This document shows, one piece after another, positions 50,770 through 63,358 of a stretch of DNA of 64,000 bases. The notes below the pieces were generated by a model. The model made no database searches. It had not been told where the DNA came from and saw only the letters and a list, made by a program, of their open reading frames with translations. This stretch comes from Adineta vaga (Eukaryota; Animalia; Rotifera): the NCBI GenBank assembly GCA_021613535.1, contig CP075496.1, forward strand, positions 10,230,001-10,294,000, written 5' to 3'. The position numbers were made by a program, and so were the translations under genes. Position 1 is the stretch's first letter; every line of letters starts with the position of its first letter.

Positions 50770-52194
50770 TATTGTTTGAATACTAGAATAGAAAGTAGTC
50801 ACTATCAAGAAAAGCTAATATCCATATTAAAAAAAACTTTGTATTATTTCCTTTGAAAAAAGAATTATAGAAACGGACATATATGTATTCGTACTTGAGA
50901 TATTGGTTATAACTCTTTCATCACTGTCTATTTCATATTTTAACTTACTTTTATCCACAACAGACACTGGCAAAAAGAAAATGTGTGAAGTTAAATGTTT
51001 ATAGACAGAATAACTGTTTTTATTTGTTTAACAAAGAAGAAATGAGCGTTCCATCACAACAATAGTTTCTGTATATTTGAAGGTGTGCTCTTCTATTGAT
51101 GAAGAAAAAAAATTCAAATATTGCTATCAACAACACTTGGATACGTGCTCTTTCACATCAAATGAATCTTGTGTCAGTATGGAGAGAAAAAAATTCAACA
51201 AAAATGATTTAAAAAGTCGAGAAAAATAGTAACGGCACTCAAAATTCGAATTATTGCAAGTAGTTAATGCATTGACGGTGTTTATTTTTGTCGTTATTAA
51301 TAAGAAAAACAAAGTTATAAATTTTGCTTTCGTATGACGATAGAAAAATGAAAAGAACACCAACACAGTCAAACTGCAGATGTTGTTCTTTTTGCAAACT
51401 TCAAAATTGTCGATAGTTATAAAAACAATATTCGACACACAGATTTTTATTGACAAGTTAGATTAAAAGAAAATATTGAATTATTTTGAATCAATTAACG
51501 ATATTACGAAATTATACATCTATTGCGTTTGTATTTTCGAATGGTAGTTCTAATCATGAAACTGTTCAAATGAAAGATTACATGTATTCTTAAAATATAC
51601 CCATTTTTGTAAACAATAGTTATAGCAGGTCATATCGAACTATTTATACATTAAAAATAAGTGTTGCACTGTTTCTCTATTGTAACAATACAAGAATCGT
51701 TGAAATTGAATTGAATTTACACGAATAAGACAATAGAGTTTCACATTATTTCTGATTCAGATAATCCATGTTACTATGATGTACACTCTTTTATTGAATG
51801 TGAGTCTGAGAATAGAATAACTTTTTATTGTTAAATTTAACTGAAATTGCTGTCTCGTGATACAAACAGTTATTAATCTTCTTGAGAAAGAAATCATCAT
51901 AAATTATAACTCAATTTGCATATTTTTCCAAACAAAAGAATCTCTGCTTCTGGATTAAAACTTTTCAATTTTCTTCTCAATACAAAACTATTTCGAATGA
52001 GTATTGTAAGACAAATAAGAATTGTTCCATTCTTTTTCTTCTTCAATCTACGAATAAAGAAAAAAAACAATGGAGAAAAAAACGAAGAAAAGAGACTACT
52101 AATGTTTGTTTCAATCGTATTTGTCTACTTCCAAAAACATATTTGTGTTCACAGTGGTATAAACAGGATTTTATAAGGCTACTATCATACAAAA

Positions 52195-54577
52195 ATGCCT
52201 GTTAAAACTCAACGAGTATTTTAAGTGAATATCTTATGAATTAAATAATCATTCATATTTGTCTCTAGCAATTTTCAACAGAAAATTCTGTTTCACGAAG
52301 TCGATCACATTCGGTGAGAACAATTGCATCAAAAGCAGCAGCTTTTTCAGCGAAACGAACTTCAGGTGCTGGTAGTGGAATTCGTGGCAATCGATCAAAA
52401 CCAAGTTATGTCGAACCTTCACCAACCAACGCTGACGACAATCTACCAGAAATCGATTATCCCAAACCAGTGAGACAAATCTTAGAAGTTACTGGTATAG
52501 TTCTATTATGTTAATAAAAACTGTTGTTTTCATTAACCTTCTCTTTTTGAAATTCTAGATAAGAATATTGATGAAGTCTTACATTTACCAGATTTATCAC
52601 TTGTACCACAGTCATTTCTGACTGAAATTGAACACGATGAAGTTTATGCAACTATTTTAGAAGAACTTAAGAAGAAACAATCATATAGTATAGCACGACA
52701 AACAAATGTTGTACATGAAGATGATTATCATCATCGAAAACCAATGCCACCTCATTTCACGTCAGTTGATGACAATCACATAGATGTGATCGATGAAATG
52801 TCGACTGTAACATTAGATAATCAACATAATGAGCAATCAAACGATGGTTACGATACAGATATTGAAATAGGTAGAAAGGATAATTGACAGTTTGATGTAT
52901 TTGAAAATCTCATGAATCAATTTAATATAGAACCTGATGAGAAAGAAAATTCAAAAGTAGTTGATAAACAAAAATATCGTGAATTATGTGCAGATGCAAA
53001 ATTAGTACCATGTTCATATTTTATGGCACATATTCAAGATGATAAAATGATTCTACGCTATCATCAATTTAATACAGCAGATATAGAAGCTATTACAAAA
53101 ACACTTACTGTATGTTGTTTCATTATTTCATTTTTCCAATGAGAATTTGCTTTTTCAAATTTTTCCATAGACAAATTATAGTGTTGAACAGCTGTTTTTA
53201 GATGGAAATTATTTGCAACGAGAAGCAGCAAAATATATTTCACGCTTGATTGTAGTGAATGAGTTTATTACAGAACTGGTAAGTGTTCACAAGCAATCAT
53301 AGGATCTAAATAACTATACCTTACAATACAATAGTCTTTGGTTGATAATCGACTTGGTGGTGGAGAAGGAACGAAGGAACTATGTAGAATGTTAACATTA
53401 AATCAAAATTTAAGAAAAATTAATTTGTCAGGTAAGAGGATAGGTTTTTTTCTTCAAATAACTGTTGTAACGAATAATTTTATAGGAAACAAGTTCAATG
53501 AACTGGATGTTACACTATTAATCGAAGCGTTTGATGTAAATACGAATACATTGATGTTTTTTTTGTTTACTTATTGTGTTTTTATTTTAGAAAAACACAG
53601 CTCTTCGTGAGCTTGATCTAAGTCATAATTGTTTTGGTGAAAAATGTGGTAAAGAACTCGGTGCATTTATCAGTAAGTTATCATATCATCCATGTAAATT
53701 TCATTATGATCTTATTTATTCGATTTTTTGTTTACAGATGCTAATGATTCGTTAGAAATGCTCAATCTGAGTTGGAATAATTTTCGTGGTCAGAGTGCGA
53801 TTGAAATGATTAATGGAATTAAAGTATTATTTGTCGTTTTCATTTGAATGAGTGATAAATTATCATCTTTTATTTGTAGGAAAATACTCGTTTAAGACGT
53901 GTGAATTTAGAAATGAATGGTTTTGGTCCTAGTTGTGGATCACCTCTAGCTGAATGTATTAAGAAAAATACTGTATTAGAAGAACTGAATATAAGTGCAA
54001 ACCGACTTAATACACAAAATGCTTTTACGATCGGTCAAGCATTATCAGTAAATGATACACTTCAAGTTCTTAAAGTATAGTTTGTCATTTGAATTACAAA
54101 ATTGTAAGATGAAATCTATTCGTTTTAGATTGCTGATAATCAAATTAATTCTGATGGTGCACTTGTCGTTTTTCTCTGTGTAAAAGGAAATGATACGAAT
54201 CGATTACGAGAAATTGATTTTTCAGTGAGAATATTCTTGTTTCGTTCAATCTTACTTTTAACTAATTATTTATTTTTATTCAACTGTATTTTTCAGCATA
54301 CAGTAGTCACTCAAGAAACGATAGATGTTTGCGAAGATATTGTTAAATTAAAAAATGGACAATTTCAATATCGAGTTGGAAAAGTAACACCAAGTGCGTG
54401 TATTTGATTAGAACATAACTTATAGATTATCCTGACAAAATAATATGTTTAATTTTCCTTTTTCTTTTAGAAATACTTAAATCAAATGCAACCAGTGAAT
54501 GCTATATAAAAACCAACGAAACTCTATTGAAGAAGTTACGTTCTAATGCTGCGAAAATAACAGTTAATCAAAGTTGA
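52195..54577 (+). CDS. LRRC74-like LRR protein (many exons; paralogue of 8457-10049)
   Basis: DGYDTDIE, YRELCADAKLVPCSYFMAHI, LRR units (LFLDGNYL, INLSGNKF, LDLSHNCF, LNLSWNNF, LNISANRL); stop TGA 54575-54577. Confidence 0.85.
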
Positions 54578-54668
54578 TAAGATTTTATTATCAATTTGTT
54601 GTTATTTAAAAATAATAAACAGTTTTTTGTATATGTGCCTAAAACTATCTAGAATCATTCAATACACA

Positions 54669-55520
54669 AATTTCTGGTAAGATAATAGTGATAAATGCGT
54701 ATAGTTTTGACAGTTAAACACATTGTATTTGAAAGTGAAATAGTGACTTCAACGCTCTACCATAGCTAAAACAATAAAGGAGATTTATTTGATTTGGAGT
54801 TCAAAATAATCAGAATATTTTTGAGTCTTGTAGTAAAACTGTTTACAGGACAGGCATCATACATGTTATCGGCCGCTGTACCTTCTTTAAAAAAAGTAAG
54901 TGAGTTTTTACCAATGATTATCATGAGAGAGAATAGATGAATTTTTCCTGGATGTAAAATGTCTTGAAAGTCGGTAAATTACAGCTTGTAATTGAATATA
55001 TAAAACAATAGCGTAATTTTAAGCACATTATATCATTCAAATTGATAGTTAAATGTTCCTACGTCGCACCGATTATTATACACGTTTCCATCGATGTTTA
55101 GGATTGAGCATATGACGTTACACGTGATTGTGATTTCATATCTTTCGATTTAAACCAACATAATTACTATGTGATGCGATATGAAACACACCCTACACTT
55201 GTTGACATTGAAAATACTTTTGCTCACAGTAAATTAACTGAAAAGAAAGAAACATGCCAAAGCGTACCTGTTCATGGTAATATTTTAATAATATCGTTCA
55301 ATATGCCAATTTTTGACTTGTGTAATATACAAGTTTCTATTGCTGTGGTGTTGACCTGGAAAAGCTTTCGGACGCTTATAATGATCATCAAGAAATTCAT
55401 CAACTATATCATTGATTATTTCCCCAAAACATGGATTTCAAAAATATAGGCAATGTCCTGAAGATTAGTATACAAATTCATGTCAGTCCTCTATAATGGT
55501 CATTCGATAACTTTGTAGTG
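54669..55520 (-). pseudogene. Possible decayed membralin (TMEM259)-like gene
   Basis: Collinear broken fragments NPCFGEIINDIVDEFL, VFSMSTS..SHH, AD..YDA and YHYY.LPEI resemble the membralin motifs CFG...LDEFLG, IFTLSVS..RYSHH, ADQYDA and FHHYELPAI (recalled, not searched). Confidence 0.45.
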
Positions 55521-55948
55521 ACGACAATAAGATGAGAAATTTTTTCAAGAAAAAGAATTCAAGAGATAAAAACAGATAAAATTAATTCGAACTATTTTCA
55601 TAGAAAAACTTCTTAAATTCTCTATTTGAAAAAAAACTTAGTCATGCTAAATATCTTACGGTTAATTTTTGACGATAGAAATGGAGAATCTCTATTTTAC
55701 TTATCAATCAAATAAAATATTTTGTTGTTTTCATTCTTAAGAAAAGATCATTCTTGTTATTGAAAGAATTAACTTCTGCATTTTATATTATACAGATGAT
55801 GTCACTCTATTTCAAACATAATCACTGTTCATGACGAAAGAAAATAATCATATGTTCTTCCATTTTTCGTTTTTTCTTTCCATTCTAGTCCAGTAAATAC
55901 ACACGCGCATACACATTCAAATTTCGTTAATCTTTTGATAGCAAAAAC

Positions 55949-56823
55949 ATGTTTATGGATAACGAAAAAGTAAATAGTAATTAAAAGAGTACTTTTCATA
56001 TACTTTAATTACGTACTTATTTCTTTTAAGAAAGCACCAACAAATGAAGAAATAGTCGTATCAACTGTAGATAATGATGAAACAACAGCTCTTGAGATTT
56101 TACGATATTCGGTCAATGAATTACAACGAAAACAAACTGATATTCATCGACATATTGGTCAACTATCAGCAGTAAATTATCATGTCATGCATGAGTTTAT
56201 TAGTGAAAATTTTTATTGTATCTGTCAATTAGGTTATGTCTGATTTTGAATATCATATGGCTCGAGTACGTGATATATGTACAACATCCAACAACAACAA
56301 CAATAATGAATTGTGTCAATCGTTACTTTCTCATCTAAATTCAGTGATACTTGATACACGTTCTGCTCTAGCTGCATCAAACACAAGTACAAATGATGCT
56401 CAACAAGTTCATGATCTTGTTCGTCGTCTTTACGAAGAAAATCAACAAATAGCTAATCATGTTGACAATTTATTAAAACAAGAACAATTAGATTTTGACA
56501 GACAAGATGAAGAATATGCTGAGGAGAAAAACGACGAACAGGAAGATCATCTTGAAAAAGCTATTGAACAAATTGAACTTGCTTTACAACAAAATATTCG
56601 TGAAAAACAACGTATTGATAAAGAACAAGAATATTTCGAAGGAAATCAGAAAACAATTGAAACATTTATTGAAACAACTGAACAGTTACATGAAGAAGCA
56701 CTTGGAAAATTACGCGAACATATTAGAACTTTACGTGAACACAATCAATCCTTAAAACAGTACAATGAACAAATTGACATACTTACACAACGATTACCAG
56801 AAACTTTATTTTTATCTGTTTAA
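55949..56823 (+). CDS. Uncharacterised coiled-coil protein (3 exons)
   Basis: MFMDNEK|KAPTNEE...GQLSA|VMSDFEY..., with phase-0 introns and E/Q/K-rich heptads. Confidence 0.75.
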
Positions 56824-56849
56824 TAAATATCGATCTATCTTTCTTTAAT

Positions 56850-57527
56850 TTAATCTATTTCTCTATGAATTGTATCACTAACCCACGCTTGTAATCGCTG
56901 AGTATTGTCGACTTCCATCATTGAACAATTTTGTCTATAGAAATCTCGAAAATAATCATCCCATTCTAGTACACATATGATGATAACATTAATAATTCCA
57001 ATAAAAAATCCAATTGATCCCCATCCAAATAAAGGACCTAACACTTTTTGTATATGAAAAAGTCCATAGAGTAACCATAATGTAACTAATTCAAGAATAA
57101 ATGACATACATAAGCGAATAGTTCCTATATAATTAATTAAACATCCATTTATAATACAGAATGAAATAATAGTAAATAAAATAAATGTTCCTATACCGAT
57201 GAAAAGAATAATATAATCAAATGATTCATCATTAATACTACATTCTCTGCTAGTTGGCATTTGTTTTCCATTGATTTTCGTTGTCAAACATCTCCATAAT
57301 GGACCAACATGTAATTTAAATGTTTTATTTTCATTGTGACAATTATATCGTGATGAATCATATTGAAATGGAGAATAAAAATGAGAGATTACTTTTGTAT
57401 CATTCGTTTCAATACTTCTCCATGATGATGAATCCAAACAGATCAAGAGCAAAGCATTGATCAATAACGAAATAACTGCTAAAATTTGGTATCGACGAAT
57501 AAACAATGGAGATAATGGTTTTGCCAT
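56850..57527 (-). CDS. Claudin/PMP22-like tetraspan membrane protein
   Basis: Four hydrophobic segments; W after TM1; GPLWRC...C in extracellular loop 1; FGWG before TM4. Confidence 0.7.
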   Translation of the reverse strand: MAKPLSPLFIRRYQILAVISLLINALLLICLDSSSWRSIETNDTKVISHFYSPFQYDSSRYNCHNENKTFKLHVGPLWRCLTTKINGKQMPTSRECSINDESFDYIILFIGIGTFILFTIISFCIINGCLINYIGTIRLCMSFILELVTLWLLYGLFHIQKVLGPLFGWGSIGFFIGIINVIIICVLEWDDYFRDFYRQNCSMMEVDNTQRLQAWVSDTIHREID

Positions 57528-58278
57528 AATAGTTTTACGTATGAACTAAACGAGTGTGATGAGACGAACATTACATATGAAATCGTATGATAATATATGA
57601 GAAACGTACGTGAGCATACTGACACGTCAAATAATAGATAAGTGAGCTGGTAGGTAACGTAATAGATTAGTATTGATTCTACGATGATCATTTACTATTA
57701 AATTTCATAACTGATAGCTTACTCTATGATAAATTGTTTTTTCAACTATATATACATACTTCCGTTTTCTTTAAATCTAATCAAGCTAATTAATATATAC
57801 ATATATATATATATACTTTTACGATGATTAACGAGAATAAGGTTGTGTGTTTTTTTTCTAAAAGTACATTTGCAGTTAAGTCGTATTCCTAACCTACACT
57901 TCTCTAGTTTAGGAGAATAATCATGTTCTATCAAGTTCCATATAAGACAAACAAAAGGGTACAGATAAACTTTATTTTGTTGTTTGGAATATAAGAATTT
58001 ACTTTTCTTCTTTTCATTTATCTATCTAATATTGATCTACTATAAAAAGTCTGAATTAACATACCGGTTGTTGTTCTCTGAATTTACATTCTAACTTGCA
58101 ACACATTATTTACCCATACTGAAGTATTCTGTCGATTAAAATAGAACTCTCATCTTATTATTACCGGATTTTCCTGTCTTCTCTTTCCTTTTCTTTCTTT
58201 TCATTGTCTACACATTTTACTTGCCTTGTGAACAACAAGAAGTAAGAAATTCATTGCAATACTAGAGCGAACATTAAC

Positions 58279-59346
58279 ATGCAACACTTGAAGACTGAGA
58301 ATGTAACCAGTGAAGATGCGAATTCTTCTACTGAATCCGAAATACAATCGACTGTTCCGCCAAGTGAAGTACAGTTTTGGACATTTCTTGTCTTTCAAAT
58401 ACCTTCACTGGCATGCACCATCTTTCTTCTCTATCATCTACTATCTACTAAACGCTTACGTACTGCACTACACAATCACATCGTCATCATTCTACTCTTT
58501 CTTACTCTCTGCATCGAAATATTCGATAATCCATTGTATATAGATGCCTATCGATTCGGTGGACATACAAACTCTTTCGCCATAACATCATCTATTTGTC
58601 TCATGTGGTGGTTCATTGATGTTGGATTCTATGGTGCAATATCTGTGTATCTTGCATGGGGATCATTCGAACGTCATATTCTTGTATTTCATCATCATCA
58701 GCTTCTTCGTACACGAAAACAACGTTTTTATGTCCATTATCTTCCGTTGATTATCATATCTATCTATGTGATTGTGTTTTATACAGCTATTATATTTTTT
58801 CCACCATGTCAAAATATATTCGATTTTGAATCGTTAGCATGTGGCTTAGCACCGTGTTATGAGGAAATACCGTATCTCAATTCCTGGGATTATTTAGTCA
58901 ACGGAATTGTTTTTACGTTTTGTGAAACTATATTTAGTATTTCGCTTCTTGTACGAGTTCTTTGGCAAAAACGTCGTTTACATCAACCGGTGAATTGGCG
59001 AAAACATCGAAAGATGGCATTTCAGATTTTGTCGATATCGTGTTTATCGTTAACAATAATTTTCCCTCAATCATTAATAATTGTAATTCAACAAGTAGGT
59101 GGACCAAGTATGAGCGATTTTGCTTCTGAAGCAATGCCATATTTCTTCTATCTATATACTTTTGTTGTTTTTCTACTACCATTTATATGTCTTGGAAGTC
59201 TATCTGAGCTTTGGGAAAACTTATCGATTTTCAATCGTAGACGTCGAAGAAATGTTGGTCCGATGACAATTGACATCGGAGGTGCTAAATCTATTGCAGT
59301 GAAACCGCAGCCAAGCTTACATCACGAAGGAAAAATGAAGTACTGA
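58279..59346 (+). CDS. Orphan rhodopsin-like GPCR, intronless (third paralogue)
   Basis: 355 aa, 7TM, WGSFERHILVF, WRKHRKMAFQILSIS. Confidence 0.92.
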   Translation: MQHLKTENVTSEDANSSTESEIQSTVPPSEVQFWTFLVFQIPSLACTIFLLYHLLSTKRLRTALHNHIVIILLFLTLCIEIFDNPLYIDAYRFGGHTNSFAITSSICLMWWFIDVGFYGAISVYLAWGSFERHILVFHHHQLLRTRKQRFYVHYLPLIIISIYVIVFYTAIIFFPPCQNIFDFESLACGLAPCYEEIPYLNSWDYLVNGIVFTFCETIFSISLLVRVLWQKRRLHQPVNWRKHRKMAFQILSISCLSLTIIFPQSLIIVIQQVGGPSMSDFASEAMPYFFYLYTFVVFLLPFICLGSLSELWENLSIFNRRRRRNVGPMTIDIGGAKSIAVKPQPSLHHEGKMKY

Positions 59347-59440
59347 TTTGTAACTTATAAATCTATTGATTTTGAATATTAAATAGAAACACTAAAACAA
59401 ACAAAAGTTCAAATAGCACTTTAAAGTTCAACTCTCTTAT

Positions 59441-62148
59441 CTAGATAAAAATACATAGAATACAGATGATGACAAGAGAAAATGATGTAAATGTGGGCGA
59501 TTTCGTTGCTTCACTGACAGAAAATGGATAGAAGAAACTAGCTGGTAAACGAGTATTTGGTGCTGGTATTCGACCTTGTATAACAATCGATGCAGCTGAT
59601 ATATCCTGGAAAGTAACGGTTTGTGTTAGAATTTGAGGAGTTGTTGTTGCTGCAGAACTCTAGAGAAATTAGAAATAAACAAAATAGTAGAGATTTATCA
59701 AAATAAATATTCAATTACATATTGATAGTGGAAGATGACAGCACTCAATACAGTTTGTGGATTAATAAGAGAGCCAATGTTAGTATAAACTATTTGAATG
59801 TCCAATCTATAGTAACATGAACTAGTTGAACTGGAGTTTAGAACACCATTTTGACATTGACGAGCAGTTGGATTTCCTATCTGTGACGTACATGAGATAA
59901 CGGGTAACCAATCACTGGAAACATTGAATGGATCTGAATTACTATAAGCTGCTACGTACACACTGTCTGAACTGAGTGGCACAAATAAATCGGAGGCACT
60001 AGGACATGTCGAGCTTAAATAAAAAGAGAAGAAAAATCTTCAAGTTAAATGAAAATAAATAATAATTGCTTTCGCAATTTCATGTATAAACATCGAAACT
60101 AATGTTCTGAATCGTATGAAGAATATCATTATAAATAAAAATAAATATGAGAGCGTAGAATAAATCACCTACCTTATTTTACATGTTGATTGAATATTTT
60201 CTCCAAAACGAATAGGTATGCGTGCATTACTATTACAAAATCCAGTTGACGCAGATTTTATAACAGAAAACTGTGAAGAACTTGATACACTATAAAAAAA
60301 GATAATTAAGTTATTTTCGTTTTTTTTAATTATCAGAATAAGTTAAATCATACGTGATCACCGTTCCATTGGAAATACCACTGACTAAATAGGCACCTGC
60401 AATATATCCAGGATTACGTGTTGTACTTGAGATAGATGAACCATTCTGAACAATCATATGAAATCTAATATATTCAAAATGAAAATAAGATTCTACTTTA
60501 ACGAATTGAACAGTAAATGTTTGCGTAAATAATGCAGTAACTGTTGCATTGGCAGTAGTACCGGTCATAGCGACACTTACAATTCCAGTTGGATTTGCAT
60601 AGTATATTGTAACAGTTAACTAGAGCAAAAATAAAGTTTTCCGAAATGAAATTCAAGATCTCTTTTTCAATCATACGCTTTGCAAAGCATTTATACAAGA
60701 ACTTCCTGACACACTTGATGTAGGAATAGTAGTAGTAGTAGCAATGTTACATATATATGTTGTACTATCTGTAGAAAACAAAGAACGTTATTTGAATGGA
60801 AGATACAATTGGAAATACCGAAAGGATTTGCTGGAGACTAAAATCAAATCAAAACAATATTGCAAAAAGAACCGTATGAAGAATGTGTTTTATATTTACT
60901 CGAATAAAACATAATGAATTTAAATATGTTGAAATATCCAGATCGCTAGTGCAACTACTTGTTGTGACTATTTGACTGCATGTTGATGTAAAATCATTCA
61001 TATACGCTAAACAAAAGAATAAGGAACCTTCTATAATATTTAGAGTATAAACGAATGAAATATACTGATTGATTGAGATCCTAAACACACTGGACTGTTG
61101 AATACTCCTACTCTCAATGTATAAACCATAACACCTGTTCCATTACGATACACCAATACCGGAGTACCAACCTAAGGAAAAGAAGAAAAAAACAACAACA
61201 ATCGATGAGATCGAATTCAAATAATGCATTCATTTCCGATGCAGATTTTTTCTCGTTTGCAAACAGACATCTATAGTGTAGGAAACGAATTGTTTTACTT
61301 GATAGTTAGTAAGACCAGTTGGTATTCCCAAGGGTACTGTTACACTATTTTCTGCATTAAATGTTCGTACAAAATCAGCTGCATTCAATGTTTCAATATT
61401 TGGCTGTTGATAATATTGACTTCCACTATCTAAATTGCATGATAAGAAAGATTTCAAAAGATTTGATTCTCATACGAAATAACATACATCGAGAATAATC
61501 TATGCAAACGAGTTCACCCATTTTTTGAATGATATAGGGTGAATTGGAATAAAATATTGATAAGTTTTTAAAACATGTCGGTTGAACAGTAGATAAAATT
61601 GGAGTTGTACTAAGTACAAAAAAAAACGTTGTTATACATCAATCGTGAGAGAGAAAAAAAATATAGTTTAGCAGCAAGATCATATAAAAAAAATCATCGA
61701 TCAATTAAGTTGACTAAAAAATCATCATTGCTTTATTCCATTAAGAATGAAAATACGTACTCATGTCTCAGAATAAATCCTTATAATAGCAATTGTTTTC
61801 ATTTTAAATTCATATATTTATCTGTTATATATGACATTCAGTCGATGTCAATTCTTTCTTACTTTGTGTATTGATTTTCCCTTGAACTACATCCAAATAC
61901 TGATATATCATCAGTTGTACAGTCTGGATCACAACAACATGATGCATCACATGCACTTGCCGTTAAATCACATGTACATGATCCAATATCTTAAAATAAG
62001 ACATATTCATAATGCAAAAGATCAAAAAAGGGAAGAGTTATTCTCTACCGGTATTGATTGGAAATGTCGGAAAATTAACTGCGATGTCTTGAGATTGAAT
62101 AATGGTAGATAATAGTAGAGAAAAGAAGATAACGACTGTTTTAATCAT
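59441..62148 (-). CDS. TCTN: Tectonic (ciliary transition zone protein), multi-exon
   Basis: Signal peptide; CTCDLTASACDASCCCDPDC; RNPGYIAG; IRFGEN..STC; LPASFFYPF followed by a hydrophobic C-terminus. Confidence 0.92.
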
Positions 62149-62307
62149 CTGAAAATAAAAATTTATTGAATAAATAGAAAGCGAAATTGACTTTTTTTTT
62201 TCAAAATTGCAAATGAGAGAAGAAAGTAAATGCTTTGTTTCAAAACCTACAATAAAATAAATAGTTGATTGAGTAGTTGAATAAAAGAAATTTGACTAAC
62301 TTTTAAA

Positions 62308-62888
62308 TTATTGCATTATTTCAGTTTGTCCATGATCAATTTTTTGTAAAGATTCGTATTCTGTTCGAAGTCTATTATACAATGATAAGAATTATAATGA
62401 TTCGATAAAAAAAAATATACCGATCGAGTTCGATCATTTTTTCTTTGATTAACGATTGTAGTTGTTGTTTTTCAAATTTACGATATTTAGCAGTTGATTT
62501 CAACAAGTTTCTCATGCCGATTGCCTACAATTTTACAAAGAAATATATAACAATTTTATTAAAGAATTTCTGAAGTACAATTTACAGAAGGGCTGTATAA
62601 AGGATAAAATGAACTCACCTTCAGTCTGGCTATTTCAACTTGTTTCGAATAATCTAGAGTTTTTTCGATTAATGCGTCAACAATTCTTTTGAATTCCAGT
62701 ACATCTTAGTAAATATATACATATATATTTTGTCGACATAAGAAATCTTCATTATACGCACTATCAGTAAAATCTTGACATTCATCGCGTAATTCATTTG
62801 AATCAGCGAGACGTTCTGGATCGATGAGACGGATTTTATTTTCATTATCAATAAACAAACCGAAGTTAGAAAGAGCTTCTTCAGCCAT
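62308..62888 (-). CDS. IFT20: Intraflagellar transport protein 20 (4 exons)
   Basis: [25 protein letters not shown]...LRDECQDF; [17 protein letters not shown]; [24 protein letters not shown]. Confidence 0.95.
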
Positions 62889-62987
62889 AATTATATCTTG
62901 TTTGTAAAGTTAATTGAAATGAAACAAAATGAATTAGATCATATTCTATTCTATTTCATTTCATCCGTAAACCATCTTAGTAAGAAT

Positions 62988-63000
62988 GCTACCTAGCAAC
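62988..63000. promoter_or_regulatory. RFX X-box upstream of IFT20
   Basis: GCTACCTAGCAAC (minus strand GTTGCTAGGTAGC) lies 100 bp upstream of the IFT20 ATG, the typical position for ciliary-gene X-boxes. Confidence 0.75.
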
Positions 63001-63358
63001 CCTATATCAATTGTTCAATTCTTTTCGAATAATTTTTTCGTAATAATTATTCTATTAAAAACACCATATTTACGTATATCGATAATATATTTCGTAAATT
63101 GAAAAAAGTTTGATATAGATGTCGCTATAGAGAAAGACAATTTTCATTATTCATTTGCTCGCATTCGCAATTAAAATGAATATAGCATGCATCTAGTCAT
63201 TTTAAATCTGTGGATGTTCATTATGACATCAGAGATATAGGATATAGATTGATAGAATGCCTGACATTTTCTTCTATGCAATGAAAATAATGTATCACTA
63301 AATAATACCATCTATTTTTATGCTCTACAATATTATAATAGTATACAAAATAAAATCT

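Noticed and set aside
51770-51784. X-box-like GTTACTATGATG upstream of the second LRRC74 gene
   Set aside because: Only one good half-site; too degenerate for AT-rich DNA.
62296-62310. Slightly early IFT20 stop (EIMQ*FKS*)
   Set aside because: Affects about 4 residues of a variable tail; not evidence of readthrough or pseudogenisation.
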